Part shown: positions 55,735 to 64,000 of the stretch, one piece after another
How positions within the stretch are numbered: position 1 is the stretch's first letter
How the letters are laid out: each line of letters starts with the position of its first letter
From: Botryllus schlosseri
Lineage: Eukaryota
NCBI GenBank assembly: GCA_051294905.1
Contig: CM119373.1
Coordinates: 34,224,001 to 34,288,000 of the forward strand
DNA length: 64,000 nucleotides
Direction: 5' to 3'
Notes under the pieces: generated by a model
Seen by the model: the letters and a program-made list of their open reading frames with translations, nothing else
What the model was told of the DNA's origin: nothing
The model's database searches: none
Translations under genes and position numbers: made by a program

Positions 55735-58700
55735 GTAAATACTCCTTACTGTTCGACTTCCGAGGTCGGATTTGTCTTGCGCTTTTTGTCGCGCTCGGTC
55801 GCGCTTATTTTCGGCGGGATTGTTTCAAAATACCGACACCGTGATTCGATGATGTTTGAATGTCTGGCTCAGTTCAGTAACAATCTTATTAATAATTTCA
55901 TCTATTCAAACCACCAACACACTGCGATACAATGATAAAATTGAACTCGAAGCTGCAATTTATTTACGCTGCAGTATGCCACAGCCTCAGTGTTCAGTAA
56001 TAGCTTTGCATTCGCTCGTATCGCGAAAAAGACGTTGCCAATGATACATTCATATTGAAATAAATCCGGATATTGTCGGCTGATACTCGTCAGCAACAAC
56101 TATTAAAGAATTGAAAGGAACATTGTAAATCAGGAATGCATTGATGTGTGCTTAGGTTTCAGAAATCCCCGCGATTTCATGTCACGGAGGTGTGTGTTTA
56201 CTTCAAAATTAGGTGGTGGAAAGATCTTGTCACGACGCATTAAACATAATGATCCGCACACGATACATTTCAGAATTTAATTAAAAAATGACTGGAATTT
56301 TATATCATTTGTCGCTTTGAGAGAATAAATAGCAGATATGTCAAACCTAAAAATAGCTATACTGAGTATTTCCGCGCTGGGTCTGCTGCTATACATATGC
56401 ATATTATATAGCGCTTGATACGAGGAAGTGTACTATATGGCGTGGTAGTCACATGTCGCATAGTGCAACGCGGAAATTCGTTACCCGGCGAGGCACTCGT
56501 GACTGTTTGTTTTGCCGCGGTATAGCGTCAGCGCACTCGAAAAGGAAGCACATCGTGTGAATAGATCCTGTTCTGGCGGCCAGCGCGGCACTTCTGGGCG
56601 GGTTCGTGTTGTGACGGAACCAGACGCTTGTTTGCAAACAGTGGGGCGATAACGGAATGTTGAAAAACGCGGGAAAACGTTGTCCGGACGCGTGTGCCGC
56701 GAATTTTCGCACCAAACTAGGGGAATACTGTTGAGAAGTAACGGCACTCTGTCAAAATCACACGTGTATGCAAGACATTCATTCGATCAGTACTCTACAC
56801 ATCTATACTGGAAATACTAGGGAGTAGAATAGGCGTATTTACCATATCCCCACTGTAGCATATGGTGTAGCACTTTCAGGCGCCATATTATGCTTTCAGC
56901 TGTGGTCGCACTTTGAAAAGCAGGGCGTGGCAATCTTGAATTGGCGACGCCGGTTAAATTAGTCATAAACGCAAAATAAGTGACGTCACTTGCGATTCCA
57001 TTTGGCGCGTATACGCAACCGATCCTGCAGCTTGTACATTGTATTGTATAGTGTACAACGCGCACATTCCGTGCATTGAATGAACAGGAGGTAGTTTCGA
57101 CGCTAGAAACACTAACCTAATCTGATTCAATGCAGGTCCGTAACTGGAAAGTGCCTTATCACCAAAGGCTATGGCGATTAGTCAGTAGATAATTGGACTA
57201 TCTACGAAACCTGCAGTCACGGGGCGTACCAAAATCCCAAGTCTTCCACAATGCTGTAATGATGACAACTATCTTGCGTTCATCACTAGAGCGTTTCAAC
57301 CGCGGGGATTATTCTAGCTAGAACATAGTCGCTGGGCCCCCGAGATTATTGGGCCTCGATTGCGCCGAGACAGCTTGGATATTCTCGGCTGTGTTAGCGT
57401 CTAATATCCAAATTGGAAATCTCATTACTGTATTCCGAGAAAGCACTATTTGCTAAGTACACCAGAGCGAAACGCCTGGTTAATACGCGTATCAGACTGA
57501 TAGTCGACGGTCGGTGTTACGCTGTATCGTACTACATCGAAATGCTTGATCCCCGTGTTATTCTGCCGTTACTTGTTGGGCTATTGGTCATTTTCAATAG
57601 GCGGGTCGTACCGCTGTGACCCGTTATCGATTCCTTAAGCTATCAGAATCGATTGACTTCCAAATTCGGGCGGTTATTTTCGAATTTCGCACAGCAATCG
57701 AGAGATATCTTTTCCTGTGCGTAAGTTCATCGTTTGAAGGCCGGCCTCAATCAAATGTCAAAAGCGCGGCAATTGGTAATGATGAATTGGTTATTATAAC
57801 TGATAACACAGTCAAATTCATGTATCGCTCTTAATAATCCAGCTGTATCTGTGTTTTAAATAGCTCGATGTTCATTTCAATTATCTACTAGTTGCTGACG
57901 ATTACCCTTGACGAATGTCAGCCGAAAATATTCGGGTTTATTTCTCTATAAGTTTGTTATTAGATTGTATATAGGTCTGTACCTTAGTGTATATGCTGAT
58001 GACTGTGGGCTGTGGCAGGTTATAAACCAGCAGAATGCTACGCAGTACTGCCAAAACCGAAAATGTTCGTTACGCGCAAAAGTAGTATCGATATTTTTGT
58101 TTATAAATAATAGACTCTCTCGTATACGAATAGAATACTAGGTAATTGCGACTGTCCTCGAAATAGCACCGTCGATTCCGAGAAGGCGCAAATTATCGAC
58201 ATCACTAAATTTGCATCAATCTCGGCCGCGGAAAGACGTAATGGCGTGGTGGCCGGTGGTCCTTTTTCGGTATAATTCAATTTTCCGCAAAAATCAACCC
58301 GAGATTTGAGGTAATTCGGAAAATTTTGGACGATTCGGAATAATGGCACCTTGAAAACGAGAGTCGATTGCTTTTGATTGACCACAGGCCGCGAATAACA
58401 GTGGAGCGATTCAAAATCGGGTAATTAAGCGCGCGGATGTCTTGTTTGTCTTATCCGAAACATATTGCCCGTGTGTTTAATAACGTCAACCGGGCACCTT
58501 GATAAGATACCGCCCGAACTAATTGCGCTGTAACTCGGGCAATTCTCATCGGATAAACTCGGGGTTAGGTGGATATCAATCGCGCTATCTTTGGATGTTC
58601 AATCTGATGGATCGTTTTCAAAACAAATAGCAGGGCCCCGGATTATGATTAACCCTATCGATAATGCTGCCGGCATTTTCTCCACGTTTTAATTAACATC

Positions 58701-59249
58701 TATAAATATTCCTCGCAGCTGACATTGTCGAATACATTCCGCTTTAGTCATACGATTTTGCGCCAACGTATTCTTGATATACGCGTATGCGGTTTGCTAA
58801 TCGTGTACATTGTGAATGCATGAGTGAAAAATAAGTGTATATGTCAGATTCCCGCCGTAGTGGACATCATGCGGGCGAAAATAATCAAAAATACATTTTT
58901 GCTTACAGTGTAGGCTCGTGATAGCCATACTTTATAGGAAACGCAAAATTACGAGCTCTTACCTTGTATCCATTGACCAGACTACCTCTGTAAAGTCGCG
59001 ATAGTTTGCGCTACAGTGGGCACTCCACAGACAGTACTGGTGTGTGAATGAGTCTAGTTCTAACTTCCAGGATTATCTACTAGAATAGTAGGTGCATTAT
59101 CGCCTTATACTGAGCCCTGCATCGTATTGTACTGATAGTACCTAGTACCGTACTCGTACTCTACAGGACTGTACCGCTATTAATTTCTACTGCAATTTTC
59201 AAAATACCAGCGATTTTTCACGATAACATCGTAAATCTTTCTATTGCAG
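55735..59249 (+). other. Intron 1 of IER-family gene (3515 bp, GT-AG)
   Basis: GTAAAT donor and pyrimidine-rich TTGCAG acceptor; the join preserves frame. Contains LINE and family B fragments and a CRE. Confidence 0.78.
57885..57945 (+). repeat. Family B arm in IER intron 1 (hammerhead orientation = pre-mRNA sense); opposite-orientation arm at 56045-56100; other lone arms at 14535-14615 and 16345-16410
   Basis: ATTACCC-TTGACGA-ATGTCAGCC-GAAAATATTC-GGGT at 57901-57937. Confidence 0.8.
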
Positions 59250-59462
59250 ACGATTGGGCTACCGGTACCATCGACAGGCCGCCGCGCAGCGAAAACAGCG
59301 ACGCACCCTTTATGACGTCACCGTACCGTTGTCCGTCGGGTACGCAGTCGTGCGTGCCGACCTGCAGTGATGCGACAATGTCGAAGATATCACAGATAAC
59401 GCATCCCATACCAGTATCCATCAACACTTCGTATGTCTTATCGCATCAAACGGAAGATAAAG
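59250..59462 (+). CDS. IER5-like: IER-family gene, coding exon 2 (213 bp, symmetric phase 1-1)
   Basis: Acceptor tctttctattgcAG|ac and donor aaag|GTAAAT. Open reading frame DDWATGTIDRPPRSENSDAPF...SHQTEDK joins exon 1 and exon 3 in frame with no stop. Not in the ORF track because it lacks its own start. Confidence 0.8.
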
Positions 59463-59714
59463 GTAAATTGAGTTTAAATTCTTAGTGGTCGTAAGCAGAG
59501 GTGTTAACTGTTCAGTAACGAATTTCTAATACTTTGTCAGAGTATCCTGTAGGTTTTGCCGGCTTAATGTAAATATCGTAATATATATGATGTGATTTGC
59601 TAGAAAAATTGAAATAAAACAATGGACAGATCCGAAGCTAAGAAAAATAAAATGAATAAATCAGTAAAACATGTAGCAGAGTATAGTATATTTACGTTCC
59701 GCATCTATTTGCAG
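59463..59714 (+). other. Intron 2 of IER-family gene (252 bp, GT-AG)
   Basis: GTAAAT donor, TTTGCAG acceptor, AT-rich interior, frame-preserving join. Confidence 0.82.
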
Positions 59715-60463
59715 ACGACGAAATCGCGATGGACAGTGACACGCCCTCCGTCTCCGAGCAAGTCGAAGTAGCCTCCGTCAACGAACTCGAATCGGAACCT
59801 GTCGAATCGGAAGTGATACACTGCGAGGAATATCTCAACGTGGGCCCCGAGAGCCCGGAAATAATCGTGGACCCCGCCACTGTGACGACTTACACGGACT
59901 TGTCTGACAGTCAAGACAGGGTGCATCAAGTATCCTGCCCCTTACCCCGAAAAAAACGACCCCTGCCCAAAGAGTATTTGGAGTCAAACTCTATCGACGA
60001 TTCCAAAAGGACAAGGTTACAAAACCACACTGTTACGTCATCTTTTAGCACGATTGTGACGTCATCCCCTTGTAGACTATTAAATACGACCACAGCGACT
60101 ACAGTGACCCAGTCTACGGCGTTGTCTTGTGCGAGAGCACCAACGAACGGAAACAACTCGCAATCTACACAAGTCACGTCGACCGCTACATCTAGCGTGT
60201 GTAGTTTCGCGGTGTCATCAACAGCGACAGCAAGCGTTAGTACGGCGATTTCGTCGTCCGCTGCTGTAAACGCAGACTCTAAAGTTGTGGTCGAATTGAT
60301 GAACAAGTCAGCTTGGAGTTGGTCTCTGCCTGCCACCTGTACGCAGCCCAAGCTTTCCCAGTGTCTCATGGACGGGGTGTACTGTTCTCAGCTGGTAGAA
60401 GCCGCCAATTTACGAGACAGTAGCGTACACGCCATGACTTTGAAGAACTTAGTGGCGGTTTGA
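59715..60463 (+). CDS. IER5-like: IER-family gene, coding exon 3 (acidic, basic NLS-like and Ser/Thr-rich regions; C-terminus ...LKNLVAV*)
   Basis: Acceptor catctatttgcAG|ac is in frame with ORF 59729-60463. Contains PRKKRP...KRTRL basic motifs and a C-terminal LVAV resembling the IER-family (I/V)VAF end. Spliced CDS is 301+213+749=1263 nt, i.e. 420 aa plus stop. Confidence 0.85.
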
Positions 60464-60900
60464 GTCTGCAAACCTGGTTCAATATGGTCTTTACTACTGT
60501 GCTTCTGTCCGTAAATACTAGGAGTGACGAGCGTGTCGTCCGCGACGGTTGTGACGTGATAGTCGATGTGTGGGTTGTGTATCGTTACGATAGTTCTGTG
60601 GAACTTGATCAGTCGAAGAGCTGCTAGCTTGTATTAGCGAATTGTGACGTCACGTATGGTTATTTTGGGGGTCTTGTCTAGTGTCTCCCGCGAAAACATG
60701 TTTCTTTCTTGTTTAATGCTTCTTGAAAATGTGCAATTTTTTCTCGTTTTACGTCGATTCTTCGTTTTTTTTGTTTCTTCGCGCGTTCATCACTGGTGGT
60801 TTTGCTTATGATTTCTTTTGGAAACTTTGAAACCCTTCTTTTTTTCGCGAATTCTAGCTACTTTTTTGGTCTTGTGAATTAAATTCTGCACTCAGAGATT
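60464..60900 (+). other. Putative 3' UTR, U-rich in 60700-60870
   Basis: Follows the stop codon; long T-rich tracts precede the ATTAAA hexamer. Confidence 0.6.
60878..60883 (+). terminator. Poly(A) signal ATTAAA with downstream GT-rich element
   Basis: ATTAAA at 60878-60883; GT/T-rich tract gtcgcttgtgcttctgttgtcg at ~60910-60931. Confidence 0.6.
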
Positions 60901-61258
60901 CGAATCAAGTCGCTTGTGCTTCTGTTGTCGCCGGATGTTCAATTTGTGATGGTAGATGGAACAGGTTGCAGTCAAGGGGATAGTTATAAGTTCAGCTTGA
61001 GTGGTGTAAGATCCCAGTAAACGGACATACAGTTAGTGGTAGTCAGTAACGGAGTACTAAAGCAGTTTTTGCCTGCCACACTTAGTCAAGTGGCTATGTT
61101 TGCGTCACGATACGCCAAATCGTCACGTAATACCCGTGGCGTGATAAATTGCGGGTAGACATTGCCATCTAGCGGATGGCGTATTTTCCAAGTTCCAGAA
61201 AGCTGCCCTGGTTGTCACACTTGGACAACCAGATAATTCCAGTTGTCTATAATTAGAT

Positions 61259-62213
61259 CAGTGGTTCTCAACCTTTTTGAGCTCACGGACCGGCAAAACT
61301 TCCAAGCAAGTGTTGCGGACCGTTAAACATCAAATCAAAATTACACATAAAGTTAATTACTAAAAGTTATGCAGATTACTACAACATAAAGTACTCCGTT
61401 TCATAGCTAGGACCTCAAAGGGGCCTGGTTGTCCATCCAACAACTCGCTGCTGAAGAGATTCGGTGCCCTAAACACAAAAGATCTGCGGAAACTAGAAAT
61501 CGTCAAGTTTATCTATTAGTTCCATTGTGGTCATTGCCCCGAATATTTCAATGACTTCTTTACCTCGGAATCAAAAGCTCACAAGTAGGCCTACGACACG
61601 CGCGTCCACGTCATACAACTATCATATGATCGACAGAAAAGATCATCGCTCTATCAAATATGCCGCACCTGGCGTGTGGAACAGTATCCCGCCGGCTATC
61701 CGACAGTCGACGAGCATGTCCACATCACGCCGAAGTACAAGCAATTACCGGATCACGACCTGACCTATCGATCTCGCCTTCCATGACATGCCACCTCATT
61801 CTGTCCCTTGCTTTTCTGTATTATCTTATTTTACTTTTCATTAAGTGTGCATGTCTCCTCTTTACATCGCCTACAGGCCAAGGTGGGTGACTGATTTCCC
61901 CGTAGCTTTCACATATAGCTTGTCCGAAACGAGTGGTAGGCAACATTTAAGTAGTTTTTACAAGGCTTGTACCATTGAGAAGTGCTCAAAGTAGGCCATA
62001 TGAACACTTTATTACGAGACCACGCAGAAAAATACGTTCCACACTGCTAGATCAACTTAAATTTTGATGTTTTATTTCTATATTTAATGGAAAAATGCCC
62101 AGCTTCTTGCATTTAGGAATTTGTAGATATAAAACTCTAATATATTTGGCGGACCGGATGGAAACTTGCCACGGACTGGCACCGGTCCGCGGACAGGCGG
62201 TGGAGAACCACTG
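61259..62213. mobile_element. hAT (Charlie-like) MITE containing a nested LINE fragment
   Basis: Ends CAGTGGTTCTCAACC / GGTGGAGAACCACTG; GGACCGG subterminal motifs; degenerate TSD AATTAGAT/ATTTAGAC (6/8). Confidence 0.85.
61432..61950 (+). mobile_element. CR1/L2-type LINE 3' end: degraded ORF2 C-terminus plus 3' UTR
   Basis: Translates to LKRFGALNTKDLRKLEIVKFIY*FHCGHCPEYFNDFFT...YDTR, then after a frameshift SIKYAAPGVWNSIPPAIRQS, matching the typical ORF2 tail of this clade. Followed by the AAGGTGGGTG..TGATTT 3' UTR motif. Confidence 0.85.
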
Positions 62214-64000
62214 ATTTAGACGAATTACAGCGAAATGCCGTTGATGCAATTATGATTTAATTTGTGAAGTGTTTCAATTGTCTATGCCTATAGTTTTAAT
62301 CATATTTCCGGTTTTCCTGAAAATTCTGCAGGAGAACTGCGTATAGTGCGAAACGAGCGAAGCTTCAAGCTTGGTGTACAATGTGTACATACATTTCCCA
62401 TAGAGAATGACCTCGGATTTCGTATGAAAGGTACATTCTGTATTCTTGCAAATTCGGAATTTGATTCAATTTCGAATAGTTGCAAATTCGGTAATTCTAA
62501 TTTTAATCTAGTTTGGGAAAGCTAAAAATGTGCTAGTTATTCAACTCTGAGTTCGGGTTGTAATAACGAATCGAACACATTGGAAATCCACTCTATTAGG
62601 TTCGTATGGGGATCCGTACTGTATATAAGTATGTGACTATGCTGTCATGGTCGAATTACATGGCACACATACATCGTTCCCATGACGAACCACGACTGTG
62701 GGACAGTATTTCGCCAAGCAGATTTGACTGAATGGAAAATATAGTCCGAGCTCGTGGTCATAGACGAATGAATGAATTCATAAATGATATATTATCTAGA
62801 ATAGGCTACCGTGTCCGGACCCTTGTCTTTTTCGCGACCAGCTCATTCACTTCCATAATGGAGTTTTACAGCGATTCACATTAAAACGTCTCTTGGTTCT
62901 CATCTTCAACATACGGAAACGAGCGACGGACTTCACCACCGCTGAGCGCAGATCTGTCGATGTGGGTCGGACCCAACTACCAAATAGGCCGAAAATGCGC
63001 TGCTGTGTGTTTCAGTCACAAGTCACAACACAAACTCAATTAGACGTAGACAGAGATGAAGACTACCACGCACAAATGTACAATTCCGGTGATAAACTGA
63101 ATACAGAAATCTATTGAAATTGAAGAGGGTTCGGAAGCCTAATAGAATTAAAAGCTTTGATCACTGTGATAAAATCCAGCTCCATGGCGCTATCTGACGG
63201 TAACTTCTAATGAAAGTATTTCTACTATGCTGCGACAGCAATGGAAGTAAATTCGAACACCGGTCCGTACAAAAGTTTATACACTGGAGGTTTATCTGGA
63301 GTCATCCTCATCGGTGACCTGAATGCGTAAGCTATAGCAGTGCTTCTAAAGGTCCAGACATATTAAAGTGAGTACATTCGGTAGATTGTTTTCATTCAAG
63401 CTGTGATGTATATGATCTTCTAAGTAATGTCATGGATCTGTTTGAAAATTACCGAGAAAATTTGGGAATGCTTTGAAAATCGTTTCATGAACATTTCAGC
63501 ATCGCCCTATCTGTGCATTGCGTCGTGTGTATCGCATTGTACATTGTGTCTCGAGCAGGTGAGAATAATGAATAAAAACCCGCTGTTCGTTCGTTCGACC
63601 TCACGTATAATACCACATTGATTCGAATACCTCCCTATATTAGACATATCATGTTTTCAGCACCCAAAAAGAGGATCTATTTTGCCGCCAAGGAAAACGA
63701 AAGTAGAGTTGTTACGTTTGAGTTGGATGATGCTTTACGTTTCCTTGGTAGATGCAGTGACGAGTTACAAAAACTATAGGCATAGAAAAATGGTTGCGAA
63801 CACAACCACGAAACAAAAAATCGTCCGTGGTTGATTTGCGGTTCCCTTAACGTTTGTCAATCAAGAATGATCATTTTTAACATTAACGAATTATCGCTTA
63901 ATTTAAATTATATACAACCGCCAAGATGCTCGGAACCGATCCAACCAACATGCCTGTCAAGTTCGAACTTGCGCCAGATTTCCGCATGTAAATAGGCTCG

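Noticed and set aside
55248-55844. 198-aa ORF taken as a whole single-exon gene
   Set aside because: Starts at GTG; family similarity begins at the ATGs, and a good donor at 55735 joins in frame to downstream exons that supply the family-like C-terminus.
59926-60369. 147-aa antisense ORF over exon 3
   Set aside because: Explained as the shadow of Ser/Thr/Val-rich sense codons; no family resemblance.
668-63621. Remaining 60-150 aa ORFs in the track
   Set aside because: Lengths and number are what random or repeat-derived ~40% GC DNA yields; many start at non-ATG codons or overlap repeats; none resembles a known family except the LINE tail at 61527-61763.

Overview
Eukaryotic, non-vertebrate-looking animal genomic DNA: about 40% GC by eye, CpG not obviously depleted, GT-AG introns, and densely interspersed hAT MITEs and CR1/L2-type LINE ends. 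Tunicate or other invertebrate deuterostome is a guess only. I can support one protein-coding gene: a three-exon, 420-aa immediate-early-response (IER2/IER5/IER5L family) gene on the + strand (CDS 55434-55734, 59250-59462, 59715-60463), with a poly(A) signal at 60878. The preceding ~55 kb has no convincing coding exon. It is a patchwork of at least six hAT MITE families (several with 8-bp TSDs), eight 5'-truncated LINE ends, one tRNA-derived SINE, two unclassified repeat families, local tandem duplications and CpG-rich enhancer-like patches with CRE and ETS motifs. The most striking observation is an unclassified ~250-nt foldback repeat (11 arm copies, 'family B'). Its majority consensus carries a complete minimal type-I hammerhead ribozyme core: ACCC-CUGACGA-G(UGUCAGC)C-GAA-AAUAUU-C^GGGU, with a palindromic helix III. 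One copy is on the sense strand of the IER gene's first intron. No database searches or folding calculations were run. Repeat boundaries without TSDs are approximate (+/-20-30 bp).
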